A stretch of 64,000 bases of DNA from Epiperipatus broadwayi (taxonomy: Eukaryota > Animalia > Onychophora). A program made the position numbers and the translations under genes. Under the pieces are notes generated by a model that saw only the letters and a program-made list of their open reading frames with translations, was not told the origin of the DNA and searched no databases. The stretch covers positions 310,001-374,000 of the forward strand of contig JAQFVV010000006.1 in assembly GCA_028023455.1 (NCBI GenBank), given 5' to 3'. Each line of letters begins with the position of its first letter. The first letter of the stretch is position 1. Shown in pieces: positions 1 through 13,530 of the stretch.

Positions 1-269
1 CAGGATTAATTTTCTTTCATCAGCTGCTTTGGAATGCTGCCAACACTACATCCAAATATAATATCTACACAAATACTAGAGCGATTTGTCAATTTTTTCA
101 CGTAGTATGGTAGTTATAGTAAAGCTGAAATCACTTCAACGTTATTCACATCTTTGGTAACCTATTTATTACATTAACATAAACACTATTAACATAACAA
201 TTTTAATAACACATTAAAAGGTTCCAATATCAGAAAATTCGATTTGCTATCTTAATATAAACTGAGCAA

Positions 270-1200
270 TGATTATATACATATGTGTGAGATGATAATC
301 TGGACCACCTGATGAATGTTGGTTCAGCACAAAATATGGATATTGGAGATCATTAATCTTTTTCACATGTATGTAATCATGTGTATAGGTTACATAAGAT
401 GGAATGGATAGCTGAAGGAAGCTTGAAAATCTGTGTTCAAACCCCCTTTAGTTAAATCAACATTAATATAAATAATTCAGAAATTTTATTAGCACAATAG
501 TGTCAAGCTATAATTCTAAGAAGGAAATCAACTCTACACATTTATGATACTATAATATTCAATTAATAATGTTAAATACAAGTAAACTCTCGATCCAAAT
601 CACAAAAAAAAGTCTTTGAAAAGATAAGAATGGCTATCTTATCTTCGTACCTAAATGCGATTATATAAGCAAAATCTTAAGCATCTTGGAAAGAGAGTGT
701 GAATATATTAAATTATTCACTTTACTTACATTTCTTTTTTTATATCCCATTAACACTTGCGAAATATTGAAATTTATCATGTGTCAATATTCGATGATAT
801 ATTGAATGTAAATAATTCAGAAATTTTACTAGTCCAGTATCAAGCTGTAATTTTAAGAAGGAAACCAACCTTCCACACAGGCTCATACTATAATATTCAA
901 TCAATGATGTTAAATTATTAAGTATAACATTGTCTAATATTGACACATGGTAAATTTCAATATTTCACAAGATATATAAATAAAATGAATAATTTAACAT
1001 ATTCATGCTTTCTTTCCAAGATGCTTAAAATTTGTCTACACAATTGCATTTAGGTACGAAGTTGAGACGGCCGTTCTTATCTTTTCAAAGTCTTTTTCTT
1101 GTGACTTGGATCAAGAGTTTACTCCTATTTAACATCACGAATTGAATATTATAGTGCGGCACATGTATGGAGGGTTGATTCTCTTCTCCTCAGAATCAAT
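270..1200. repeat. Degenerate rearranged repeat with direct and inverted partial copies and a decayed hammerhead-like core; Penelope-like origin suspected
   Basis: ~471-577 repeats directly at ~811-915; ~500-720 repeats inverted at ~975-1190. ctgatga-atgttggttcagcac-aaaa at 309-334 and its flank resemble 50190-50262. Confidence 0.55.
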
Positions 1201-3031
1201 ATTAATAAATTATACCCGTACAATTTACAAGCATCACTTTATTGGTAAAAATTTGAAGATAAATGCAGAATTTAAACAATTTCCTGATTAAATATTATTT
1301 TTAAGTTTATCAATTCTTTTATTTCTTTAACTTTCAGGTATACATTTAAATTTTTATATATTTAAATTTTTATATTAAATATATTTATTAATATTATTTC
1401 AAAATTAATTCTCTTCATTCTACTGTACAGCCATATAGGGAAGAGAACTAGTCTTGAAAATCTATGAGCGAGCATTTGAGAGAATCACATGATGTCATTA
1501 ATCTATACTCCACTTTACATAAGCTTCACCATTAACACTAGGCATGAGTTCCAAAATATAATTCTATGTAAGTGCTTATGAGCTGCTACCACTTCCTAAT
1601 TTATAAAATATAGATTCTGAAGACAATTTGAATAATTTACCTCTTGATAATATTACTAATAACATGCCATAACTAAATGTTTCCTCTAATAAATATTAAA
1701 TAAATAATTTTTTTAAAAGTGGATTAAAAAAACGTAGCTATTTATAAACCTATAACAATTAAAAACCATGCACAGGGGGCTCTAGTATTTATTAATGACG
1801 ACTATTTTTTAGTCTATCAGTATTTCTTTCATTCGTGCAGTATTTAAATAACAATACACTTAAGTTACTTCCTTAAACAGAGCTGTTATAAAGGCATGAA
1901 AAAAGTAAATGAGTCCTAATATTCAGTTAGATTGTAAATAGAATCAATAATAATAAAAAATGGGACATATAATGATTTGTGTCCAACAACAATTTTAGAA
2001 GCAACAACATACACACTATCAATATTATTCTATTCGGCAATTTTCTTTAACCTCTTATTCCAGAATTATCTGCTACTAGCATGAATAATTAATGAAAACT
2101 AAATGTTAATGCTATTTCATCTGCATCCCTAACCAGTGTCTGATTTATGCCCTTTATCAGTGGTAACTCTGAATTCAAAGCTGGAACTAATTCATCCACA
2201 TACCTAGCACTTATCTTTAACTCCTGCGTCAATTAATTACCTTAATTCAAAAATTAATAAAGTTTGAACCAAAGCCTATTTATATAGAGAGAGTTGCACA
2301 CATCTGTAAATAGATCACAAACTACATATTGAGTGATTTCATTCACCCTTCAGTAAGAAAGGTTAATACTAATAAAATATTGTATACACTTTCTGCTTTA
2401 ATATGATTTCTACTGCAGTTCGCTTTATCTTTTAAAGTTTTTTTTAAATTTCAGTTAATAGATCAATAGTATAAAGGAATTGAAGGTGACTTACAAGGGG
2501 CATAAGTATATTATTAATTCCAACTTTAAAATCCTCTCTGATGAAAGCACAAACATAAACTGGTCTGAGAATATTGATGTTGCGGCACTATAATCTAGAA
2601 TCCATTAATAAGATAAGATAATCAAATGACTTGCTTGGGATGTGCCAGAAAAAAAATTGATTCAAGGACTTTACTTTCCTGTCTGACATTTTATACCCTT
2701 TCCTATTTCACACAGGGCAAATATATAATCAAATACCTTTATTCCTCAAGAATTCATAAAAAGTTCAAACACCCAAAGTGTCAGAACCGGAATTGATTTT
2801 AGGATCTTACAGTCCAGAATTTGATACTCTAGCATTGCACCATATTTACAGTAAATGTCTATGGAGTAAGTAAAAAGATCTACCCCTAAAAACATTATTG
2901 AAGGATTAGGGGCAGGAAGTTGGTGTTCTGTTGGTATTAACAAAACTCCTTTACATCAATAATAAAGAGACAGAAAATATTGACAATAACATTATTTATA
3001 ACTTAGATAGCAAATTAATAAAATTTATTAC

Positions 3032-3151
3032 CTGGAAATTCGATTCTAGAAAAAAAATTCCAAGAGCCATAATAGCATCTTGGGTTCGCTGGTCTAATCG
3101 AAATGTACCGGCTGATAAGTCCAACTGGCAAAGTTCCATTAATCGATTCAC
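3032..3151 (-). CDS. PI4KA: Phosphatidylinositol 4-kinase alpha, coding exon 2
   Basis: Minus strand reads ttattgcag|GTG...CAG|gtaata, 120 nt, phase 0: VNRLMELCQLDLSAGTFRLDQRTQDAIMALGIFFLESNFQ. Matches the PI4KA/PI4KIIIalpha N-terminus (human [39 protein letters not shown], from memory). Exon 3 not found in 1-3031. Confidence 0.93.
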
Positions 3152-3242
3152 CTGCAATAAATAAAAATAGGTCAGTAAACAATAATGAATATTTTGTTAA
3201 GGTAATGTTTTTTTTTTTAGAATTTTATACAGAATTATAATG

Positions 3243-3515
3243 ATATATATTACTTAGAATACTTCATTCATATACATTTTAATGCAAGTAATTTTCTTAA
3301 CCTTCTTTATTTTCTTCCAGTTTCGACTGTCCAGCAGTCTTCGTCATAGCTACAAGATTTGAACAATACAAATACATAATTATCATTTGTATTGTTCAAA
3401 TCTTGTAGCTCTGACGAAGACTGCCGGACAGTCGAAACTGTAAGAAAATAAAGAAGGTTAAGAAAATTACTTGCATTAACGTGTATATGAATGAAGTATT
3501 ATACTTAATATATAT
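3243..3515. repeat. Fold-back palindrome with a hammerhead-like core in each arm
   Basis: Arms of ~135 bp are near-perfect reverse complements. Plus arm: CTGACGA a gactg ccgga cagtc GAAA ctgta (3411-3442). The minus arm has C3 mutated to A. Confidence 0.85.
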
Positions 3516-4254
3516 GATTATATGAAGATATGCAAAGAAATTGAAGGAGAAGAATAATTATGATACACAGAAACACAAGCAATCTTACTAATATATTACG
3601 GTAAGAATTCAGCACACACATCTGTAAATAATTTTCAGTAAAAATATATGAAATTACCAAGTAGTCAATCAAATATTGCTTAAAAAAATTGGGATTCCAG
3701 TTCAAACTGGTAATCCAAGTAAATTACAAACCAAAAATTATTGAAATGTTCAAGAATTATTTTTATTCTCTTCATCTTAAATCCAAAACCATCTACTTTA
3801 AACTTGAGAGATCAATGGATATTAAACAGTATAGAGCTATATAATTCACATCTGGTATCCACTGATTTCTAATGCTTACAATAGATGACTTTGAGAGTAG
3901 GATGAAAGCCAAATGAACAACCACATAAGATCGTCATGTGAAATTAATTATTCTATTACTTTATAATACGGGAGTCAGAAGGAATAAAAATTTTCCAAGA
4001 TAAAATATAAGATTTTGTTAGCAAATAACAACCTTTTTTATGATGTTCACTTTTTGAACTAACATCCTGAACTTTTTTATTTATAAATACATTGAATATG
4101 GTACATATATATATATATTCTCATACATTCTCAGCTATTCATAAATGAGTATGGAAATTTCAATTCAAAAAAAAAAAAAGTTTTGTGAAGATTATATATA
4201 CCAAACCTGTAAGCCACAAATATATATCCACATAAAGAACATTCTGAATAATTT

Positions 4255-5150
4255 TTTCCCCATTTATTTGATATTTTGTGATGCTTTCTTTTCATATCTT
4301 TCAGAAATACATCAATAATATGTCTAAGTGTAATTTTCCAAGATAGTCCCTTCTTTTCCATATGTTTCCAATAAAAACAATCAATATTACATTTCTTTAG
4401 AATGGCTTTGAGATAATTTTTATAATTTAAGCGGGATCTACCTCTCATATGAAAACCATATTACATGTCCACCATAAAATATTTTAAAGGAAGTCTTATG
4501 TTCTTTACTTGTTTTACATGTCTAATCCAATAAAGTCAAATAATTTTATATTTTTGGGAAATATATATATTTTAGCACATGTGCGTGTGCAGCGCAACTG
4601 TTCCCAAAAGCTATTAATATAAAATAGATAACTAAAAATAGATCCTTTGAAAGCGCTCAGCTCGTTTATTTTTATTTTTAGTTATCTATTTTATATTAAT
4701 AGCTTTTGGGAACAGTTGCGCCGCACACGCGCTAAAATGTCTAATCCAACAAAAATTGATTTTTTATAACAATGAACTTTATAGCATCACAACCAGAAAG
4801 TTGAAGAACATTATTAATTACTTTTTATGATTTTCTATTGTATTTTTAAAATTTTACGGATATCTTCATATAGTTTCAATAGGGTATCCAAGTCTCGCTT
4901 CTATACAACAAATTACGTAAAATAACATCTCTATAAATAGGCAATTTAGTTGCAATAGTTATTTCTCTGTGAGGAAATACTCTATCTTTTAAATTGGTAA
5001 AAAGAGCATTAGCACACTGGAGTCTATATTAAATCTCAACACTCAGATATACCTTTGTTACATATAAAACAATCAAGGTATTTAAAGTGATTTATATTCT
5101 CAGGATGATAGCCATCCATTACCAAATGTTTTTCTTCCATAGTGGCTGAA
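4255..5150 (-). mobile_element. Decayed RTE-type LINE 3' fragments
   Basis: 4255-4450 reads RGRSRLNYKNYLKAILKKCNID...W (RTE C-terminal RGRPRxRYKD.LK.DLK motif). 4915-5150 reads FKYL...KDRVF..REITIATKLPIYRDVI (post-RT domain). Stops and frameshifts present. Confidence 0.6.
4570..4737. repeat. Short fold-back hairpin; loop holds the 3' half of a hammerhead-like motif (GAAA gcgc TC agc)
   Basis: tttagc...gcgcaactgttcccaaaagctattaatataaaatagataactaaaaata pairs with its reverse complement ending gcgctaaaa at 4737. Confidence 0.75.
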
Positions 5151-5448
5151 AAAGAACTTGACTTTTTTTAAACATTAATTATTAAATCAAAGTCTTTATA
5201 TGTTAAATTCAAAATATTAAGATATTTTATAAATCCTCTTTTGCAATGGTGAAATAGCACAATTTTGCTTGAAAGTTCATAGAAGTCCAAGAGCCACAAA
5301 TCGTAGAGTTGAGTCATAATCCAAAATCTGTTACTCTACCACTCCATCAAATAACCAGGGCAAAAATATTAATATGTGAAATCTACCATTCCCCTTTCTT
5401 TTTGAAACTTATTTATTAAATGAAATAAATTTAATCAAAGCTTTAAAG

Positions 5449-6552
5449 CAGGAGTGGGAACCTTTTTTCCTGCCCAAGGGTCATTTGGATATTTATAATA
5501 TCATTTGTAAGTTACAAAATTATCAACTTAAAAAAATTACTTTGCTATATTCGATCAAACAATTCATTTATCTCTAATCATTAGGGGTGGGCAATCTTTT
5601 CAGCTACAGGCCAATTTCAACTTGCCATTTTTAAATAAGATATGTAATTTTTTTGTGCGAATTAAAAGTAAAGTAACATCATTATTATTAATAGTTGTTC
5701 CACACTGTATAACAATTTTTCTAATTCACCTTGTAACTATTCTTTGTGACATATTTATATTCTCAAATTTCTTTTTTAAGTTCTGGACAGATTAATTCTA
5801 CAGTAGCTAAGATGCAATCATTTATAAATTCCCCTTCAGAAAATGTTTTCAAAGTTACTGCTTTTTTTTTGAAAAAAATGTAATTTGCTATTACAGAATT
5901 TTCTGACTTGTTTGGGCTTTTTACGAGACACGTCAGCCACTTGGTAAAGCTCGTTTTTTTCTATTTTAATATTTTTTTCTCTCCCAACAATTTTGTTGTA
6001 ATCAGAATGTTTTGATAAATAGGGCCTCTTAATAATGTGTTCTTTATTAACTGAAATACTTTCCAGACCTATCTGAAATATCAATATACTTCTTTCTATA
6101 TATATAAAAAAATACATTAAACCATTTCTATTGAAATGTGGAATTTTCTATTTCAATCTTTTTTATATTATTCAGTGTAGCCATCCTAATTATAAAAAAA
6201 AGCAAAATGATAATAATAAAACAAAATAAAATTCTAATTTTATTCTTGTGAATATACAATATCCAAAAATCACAATAAAAACAACAAAAAAAAGCCCTCT
6301 GCACTATAGATTAAATCTGTAGACAGACAGACCACATGATATAATTTATTAGAATATTGCACCTCTGATATAGCTGATGAAATAAATATTTTATTTTACT
6401 TAACTCTTAATTCAGTATTTGAACTATTCAAGGGTTTAAATACAAGTTCTATACCGGGTCATTTTATAAAAGTTTTTGAAAATGTCTGGAGAATGCAATG
6501 AGAGCTTACAAGGGCCGCAGTTGGCTTCGGGGCTGGAGGTGCCCCATTCCTG
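5449..6552 (-). mobile_element. Non-autonomous hAT transposon (SPIN/Charlie/GTF2IRD2-like) with transposase N-terminal remnant
   Basis: Identical 8-bp TSD ctttaaag at 5441-5448 and 6553-6560; termini caggagtggg / ccccattcctg. The minus ORF contains LESISVNKEHIIKRPYLSKHSDYNK, like the C..C.E..AV.KEYNLKRHY.TKH zinc finger. A second hAT-like end (aggggtgggcaa) lies near 5583. Confidence 0.85.
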
Positions 6553-7679
6553 CTTTAAAGATATTTCAAAAATTTGTCTGAAATTCAAAAATAAAAGTAA
6601 GTAATACACAATTAAATATACAAAAACATAATATTTTTTAAAATCTGAACATTATACATTTTAGCGGATAAAAAAAATAATTACAGTCGATTTTTATAAA
6701 AATAATTTTAAAAATTGATTTAACGATTAAGTGTATTATAAAAGTAGATTTTATAAAATAGGATTATTTTGTAATGTTAAGGGATTTTCTATTTAAAATT
6801 TAAATTCTAAAAATGCCATATATTTGGATATTCTTGATTTTGTATTTTATATATTTGTTGGTGTATTTTGATTTGTTTGTTTTTTATTTTTGTATTTCAG
6901 ACAAATTTCCGAAAGACCCTGTGAAGTTTAATGATTGCAACAAATAACTAAACCACTGATATGTGAACATCATATGTGCACAAACTATTCATATTAAATT
7001 AGTTTAGTAATAAATAAGTTTTTTTTTTGTTTTTTTTTTTTAAAAGAAATGTTACATTTACAAATTAATATTAATTAATTACAGAAAAAGAACAATATAT
7101 AATGTGTATAAAAAACATGTTTATATAATAAATTTAAGATTATTTTAAATGGTAAACTCAGTATAAACAATAGTGTTTTTTAAACAACAGCCATTTGGAA
7201 TAATAAATAACAAGCATTTGAATCAAAATTTTAAAACAATTTCCTGCAAAATATTCAAATCCAAATGTCAAACTGTTATACTCTTGAAGTCAGTCATGAA
7301 GGAGTATGGAAAATGAAAGTACCAATGATTGTAAAGGCAACTTTTAAACCTAATCTTGTAAAGAGTATCTTATGTTTCATGACAAAAACATAAAAGAACC
7401 AGAGAATTCCACTCAGAAATAACCAGCAAAGAAGAGATGAATGAATTCTTCCAGAATTCTTACTATCTTTAGATATCAAAATGAGTCTACAGGTCAACTG
7501 GAAATTATTATTATTATTATTATTACCTAAGTTTTCAGACAAGTCATCTATTAGAAATAGCAACGTGCAAATAACCTTAGATCAACACATTCTCTTATCT
7601 GACTTTGTAATGCCTGATTGTAAAAGTTCTGTAACTAATTAAATATGTTTATTTAATTAAACAAAATCATGTTCAAAAC

Positions 7680-7842
7680 ATAGCAAAACTCTCCATAGAG
7701 TAGTGCCATCTTGTGCCAACAAAAGCAATCAATGGATGCCAGAAGGCTTGTGCATAAAATCCCTATCTAGTGCCTACTCATCCAATATCCCCAGACTAGT
7801 TTCTGGCTTGTGGTCTTCGTCAGTGAGGAGCCTTGATAGTGA
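7680..7842 (-). repeat. Hammerhead-bearing repeat family A, single copy
   Basis: Reverse complement of 7789-7828 is cctca CTGACGA agac cacaa gcca GAAA ctag TC tgggg; the ~110-bp flank is shared with copies at 18.2-18.5, 43.6-43.8 and 60.9-61.5 kb. Confidence 0.8.
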
Positions 7843-10379
7843 TCATGTGATAAAATCATGTTCTTTTCATTTAGTTTCAATATGTAGTTATCACAACAAG
7901 TGTTTTAACTCAGTATCCAAGTTAGTTTTTTTTATATATAAAAGCTAATACAATATTTAAATTGATTCTCATTATCAAACTAATAATTATTCAAATAAAA
8001 CGTTTTTCTTTCATTACTAGTAAATAAAGAATCTGAATTTTTAAAATTCTAATTATTAAATCAAAATCTGTATAGGTTGCATCAAAATATCACTTGCAAC
8101 CAATACCATCTTGTTATAAACCTACAACTAAATACTATAGTAATAATTAAACAAATACACTTTTTACAATGTAATAATTATCAATTTGACAAAAAAATTC
8201 TTATAGTTTTGGCTGTCCACTATAAATATAAATGAATGCATAGTATATACAACATATATTAATATAAACTACTTTATCAGACCACCCCAGGTAGCACTTG
8301 GTCTCAAGCTAATATAACATATATTACATTTAAACTAAATTATATCGTGATGGCTGTTTAATTACCATTTACCTACAGATAATTATTTTCAGATTATCTG
8401 CCATGAAAAACAGAATTGGTTTGAATTAATTTATTCCCATAATAGTAGTTGACTAAGGAGTAAATCAATAGATATATGAATATCTATTAGATATATTATA
8501 TGACTGCAGATATTATGGAGCGAAAAGATTTTATCAAAAGAAAAGTATGATTTCCCTGATAATATCAGCTACTTCTCCCTAACCTAGGTTTAATCTGACA
8601 GTATATTTATGGACATCAGACTTTGTTGATCCCCAAGTGCCAATCCCATCGTTGAAAGTAAAAATTATACTGAAAGTTGCTAATGGGAGATTTTCTCATT
8701 ATGCATAATTAGGAGCCCAACCTTAGCTAGCTCAATCACAGAGTGGGTGGTGAATACACCCCTGGAAATGTTTATACTCGGAGTATATGGTATAGCAATA
8801 GATTTTGTCAGTCGTACTTAGGTCGTATTTATTTCATTTACATATAAGTCATTTAGAGCTTACAATTCAACTGACTTTCTATTGATTAATAAATTACTTT
8901 AAATATTATATACCCCTATCTGGGAGCATACATCCACTCATAATCACCTATAAATAAGGCAATGGAAAGTAATTAGAGAAAACAAAAATAAATAAATTCA
9001 TTACTTTCACGAGACTACATATATAATATCTTTATTAAGTAATAACTAACATATTTAAAGTTACAAGGCTTAAATACAAGTTTATAATAAAGGCGCAAAA
9101 TACATATATGCACTCCAATATTTCCGGGAACTTGTATCACTAAAATATGCAAATGTAAGTTTACTATGAGAATGGCCATCTAAATTGTCTTTGATACAGT
9201 TCATTTATTTCCGGCTTTCTGGAAGGTCAGTCGGCAAGATAATTTTTCTTTCAACTTGCAAAAAGGTTTTGATCAGATGCAGATTTTTGGAGATAGATGG
9301 ATGACAGGATCTATAGCACAGTTATATGTGTGCTATGGAGCAAGAACCAAGCACGTTTAAGACCTTTTACCCCATAGTCATCTTTTTTACATTGAATCCT
9401 TATTCTGTTGTATTTCTTTTCTATTCCTTGGTTTCAAATATGACAAGCCGATGAAATCTCTATTTATACTAGCAATTATTATAATTACCGAACTCCAACA
9501 TTTATGCAAATGTTTCTCCAATATGTCTACAGAGTAAATTTTACCCTAGCTCACTTTTTCGGTACCAAGGGGTAACTTGCTTCTCTTTTTTTTTTTTTCT
9601 TTCTTCTTTTTAATCAAAGAAAATATTTTATTTTTAATCTTACAGAAAATCTCAAGCTATGTATTAATTGCTTAGGAATCTTATTTGGGCTCCAATCTCT
9701 GATAACAAAAATATGTTCGATCCCTATCTCATTTCATTTTCTACTCTTTTGCTACCCTTCCAAATCCGACTTCCTCTGTCGAATTATGAAAATTTGACAA
9801 ACAAAACCTTTTAACACATTTGAGCTAAAAGCAATCTTCTCGGAATTTGGAAGGCAAAAGTCACAAAAACAAACAAACAAAAAAAAAAATTCACAAAACA
9901 AAAAAAATACATTTCTACCCAGACATGTAGAACATTTTATATATATATAAAAATCTTTTGACAGTTAATCTATCTTTTATCAAAAGAAAAAAAAAATGTA
10001 AAGTTATAATCATCATTTTTAATTTTTCTCGCATTTTATATAATATATATATATATTCTTTCATTGCACCTTTGGCAATTTAACAATCTTATATATGCAT
10101 ATCTCATGAAACAATGCAGTGAATAATAAATCACACAAACAACATGATTTATAGAATGTTTACTTCTTATATAAATTCTTTAATAATTATATACATCTCT
10201 ATGTTTCCAGTTATGTGCATTAATATCTAGTTACATTACATACCAAATATAAAAACCTTCAGAACTTTATGGGTTCATTGATAAACACCCTACTTATTTA
10301 ACAGTTAATATCATTTCTTATAGTCATTTAACAGTAACTTATCTAACCATAATATAAATATTAAATGTGTTTATAAATT

Positions 10380-11280
10380 AAGTAGTTTTTAGATTAAATT
10401 GTGTATTGTTTTGTATGAAATAGCATCCACCATTGTCAATGTTAAGTTTTTAAAGAAACTTAGATCTCAAGTAGTAATGAGATTGAGGATGAGGTGGAGA
10501 ATGAGATTGAGCGTGAAATAGTCGTTTATTCAGAAATGTGAATTAACAAAATGTTCATTTTCTTTAGTTTCATCATAAATTGATTTCAAGTTTATATTAA
10601 AAGAAAGACAAAATAAGTAGTCTCCACAAGACTAGAATATGCTGTGCTCCATCAGCTTTATTTAAATTAGTTAATCTCTTTAATATTTCAATAGAACCCC
10701 TCATGGCTCTCAAATCATACTTTTCCAAATTTGCAAGTATTTTAGCATTATAAAAATCAGGTTTGTAACCAATTTCTAAAAAATGTGAAGTAAAAGCTGA
10801 TGTATTTAACTTCTGATTGAAGGAATTTTTATATTCCTTAATTCTGACATTATTTCACATTTTTTAGAAATTGGTCATAAACCTGGTTTTGATAATGCTA
10901 TAATACTTGCTAATTTGTAAAAGTATTATTTGAAAACAATAAGGGAGTCTATTGAAATATTAAGATCAACTGGTTTAAATAAAACTGATGAAGCATAACA
11001 TATTCCAGCCATGTAGAGACAACTTATTTTATCTCTTTCTTCTAATATAAACTTGAAATCAATTAATGGTGAAACTGAAGAAAATAAACATTTTGTTAAT
11101 CCACATATTCTGAATAATCAACTACTTCACACTCAATTTCATGCTCACACTCAATCTTGTTACTACTTGAGTTTTAATGGATTTTCTGTAAAAACTTAAC
11201 CTTGACAATGGCGAATGCTATTTCGTTGAAACGTTGGGAAGTAATACAAAACAATACACAATATAACCCAAAAACTACTT
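10380..11280. mobile_element. Penelope-like element 3' end (GIY-YIG C-terminus plus terminal repeat) as an inverted duplication
   Basis: ~400-bp arms are inverted around ~10790-10850. The arms combine to SAFTSHFLEIGHKPDFDNAKILANLEKYYLR.IRESIEILR..LNKADGA.HIP.MW, the typical PLE endonuclease tail. A decayed hammerhead-like ttgacaa-tggcgaatgctatttcgtt-GAAA-cgtt follows at 11202-11235. Confidence 0.85.
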
Positions 11281-11538
11281 TATTTATATTATATAACAGC
11301 AAAAACATTACATATAAATGTATTTATGGTATATATTAATGGACAGGCTTTAAGTTGTAAAATAATCTTATATTTGATATGGACTGTAGATATGTTGTAT
11401 GTGCTATGTATTCAAATACAGTATATTTGTTATGGCTCTGTAGAAGGCTGCTGGACAGTCAAAAGTAAAAGGTTTTGTCAAGTTGAATAAATTATTGCAT
11501 TGTAAAATATGTATAAAAAAGAAATATTTGTATTATTA

Positions 11539-12486
11539 GGTAGTTTTCAGTTAGTTGTACCCTGGCCACCAGGCGACGCTGCAGAACCACCAAGAAGCCT
11601 GCAAGTGATAAATTTACAAGTACTCAGTCATCAACATTTTTGTTTTAATGCTAAAAAAAGCGGGAGACGTAATACCGCCATTTTTCCGTTAGTCACACAG
11701 CAATTTCTGCTCTTGTATTTTATAGCTACTTTTATTATCTATATTTAATTAGTATTATTCTGTTAATTATTATAGTCTTCAGTCATTATAGTGTTGAAAG
11801 TGAGAGAAATTTTATTTAAAACGTACTATAATACCGCCATTTTTTCATTTTAATGCTCCATGGGGGGGGGTGTATCTGTTAGTCACACACCAATTTCTGT
11901 TTTCGTATTTTATAGCTACTTTTATTATTTATATTTAATTAGTATTAATCTATTAATTATTATACTCTTCAGTCGTTATCATGTTGAAAGTCAGAGATTA
12001 ATTTTTAAAAAAAATGTACTGTATTATCAGCATTTTTCATTTTAATGCTCTGTGCGGGAGGGGGAAGGGAGAAAATTTTTTTTGAAAAAATGTACTGTAT
12101 TATTACTCTGTATTTAAGGTTTTGCAATTTTTTTTTTTCAGCAATTTGTAATTTTAATATTTTTTTTTTTCACGATGATTTCAGTCGTTTTATAATTATT
12201 ATTTTTTTGTCGATCAACGATTTCATCCATTATTTTATAATTTTTTTGTTTTTTCTGTCGATGATTTCAGCCGTTTTATAACATATTTTTTTTGTCGATC
12301 GACGATTTCATCCATTATTTTATAATTTTTTTTTTCTGTCGATGATTTCAGCCATTTTATATATATTTTTTTTTTTTGTCGATTGACGATTTCATCCATT
12401 TTTGAATAGAAATTTATCACTTGCAGGCTTCTTGGTGGTTCTGCAGCGTCACCTGGTGGCCAGGGTACAACTAACCGAAAACTACC
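11539..12486. mobile_element. Non-autonomous TIR / fold-back-like DNA transposon
   Basis: ~75-bp TIRs (ggtagttttcagttagttgtaccctggccaccagg...gcctgcaagtgataaatt and reverse complement); flanks tattatta / aattatta (7 of 8 match). Interior has a ~170-bp tandem duplication and short gtcgat/gatttca subrepeats; no coding remnant seen. Confidence 0.85.
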
Positions 12487-12559
12487 AATTATTATAAAGG
12501 ATTAATCAATGCCTAAAAAATGAAAGAAGAATTTTAATACTATAATCTAAAATTCCAAA

Positions 12560-12720
12560 AAAAAAATTCAAATCAGATATCACATGACCTAATTTAATAA
12601 GCTTGTATTTATAAATGTTATATCCTAGCACCTCACTGATGACACCAGTAGCAAAACCAGTTTGGGGTTGGGAATATTTTGCAAAGCTTGTTAAGAGCTC
12701 ATTTTGCGAGCTCTATATAT
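12560..12720 (+). repeat. Hammerhead-bearing repeat family E, decayed copy
   Basis: acctca CTGATGA caccagtagc aaaa ccagtt tgggg at 12630-12668; flanks match 13275-13530 and 33450-33598. Confidence 0.7.
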
Positions 12721-13274
12721 AATACTATAATCTAACACATGTGCAGAGAAATAGAACAGATATGAATATATTTACTGATAACTGCACTCTTATCAAACTG
12801 CATTTTACTAAATAATATAACTTCATAACTAAATCTTAATCATCCTATAAAAAAGTAAAATGACGAAAAAAAGGAAACCCAACACAAATAAAGAACTAAG
12901 GAATGTATGTACAGAACAAAAAATATAGAACTTCCACTAACAAGAATATTATTACTTAAATGTTTAAAATTCATGCAATTCCTTATATATGTATAAATAA
13001 TAATGACAATTCTCACTGAAATGTAACACATTAAGGACAGTAATAATACTTTACAATTGCAGATGCTAACTATCAAAATGCATTAAGGTTGCATTTAATA
13101 TTTTGAATAATTTTGCCAAATTTATGGTATTAATATTGCTTTTAACTTATTATATAAGATGTTCCTCAAAAATGGAAAGAAGTTTAATCCATTATATTGC
13201 TTTTACATATATTTAAATAAATCAATGATATAACAATATATCTTTATATAACAGCAATAATATATATAATAATA

Positions 13275-13530
13275 ATCATAAAAAAATCAAGTCAGATGTC
13301 ATATGACCTAATTTAATAAGTTTGTATTTACAAATGTTATACATAGAGCTCACAAACAAGTTCTTAACAAGCTTTGCTGAATATCCCCAACCACAGACCG
13401 GTTTCTGCTACTAGCGCCCTCAGTGCTTGAATATCCTAACACCTCACTGAGGATGCCAGTAGGAGAAACCGGTCTGAGGTTGGGGACATTCTGCAAAGCT
13501 TGTTAAGAGCTTGTTTGCGAGCTCTATATA
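13275..13530. repeat. Hammerhead-bearing repeat family E, fold-back copy
   Basis: Arms ~13340-13428 and ~13445-13530 are inverted. Plus arm: acctca CTGAGGA tgccagtagga GAAA ccgg TC tgaggt (13441-13480), with a perfect 6-bp stem I and palindromic ACCGGT stem III. Confidence 0.85.

Noticed and set aside
2040-2945. Possible PI4KA exon 3
   Set aside because: No frame matched the expected HKDxxVPYLLxLLxGLP-like segment with proper splice sites; the region looks like decayed repeat.
2931-3164. 77-aa plus-strand ORF
   Set aside because: Antisense shadow of PI4KA exon 2.
7294-7563. Hydrophobic minus-strand ORF with a cag acceptor, as a possible PI4KA exon
   Set aside because: Exons 1 and 2 join in phase and match PI4KA contiguously; this frame has no similarity to PI4KA and ends in a stop.
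9000-9580. Possible L1/Tx1 C-terminal remnant on the minus strand
   Set aside because: Only a vague D..IHL...C pattern; too degraded to support a call.
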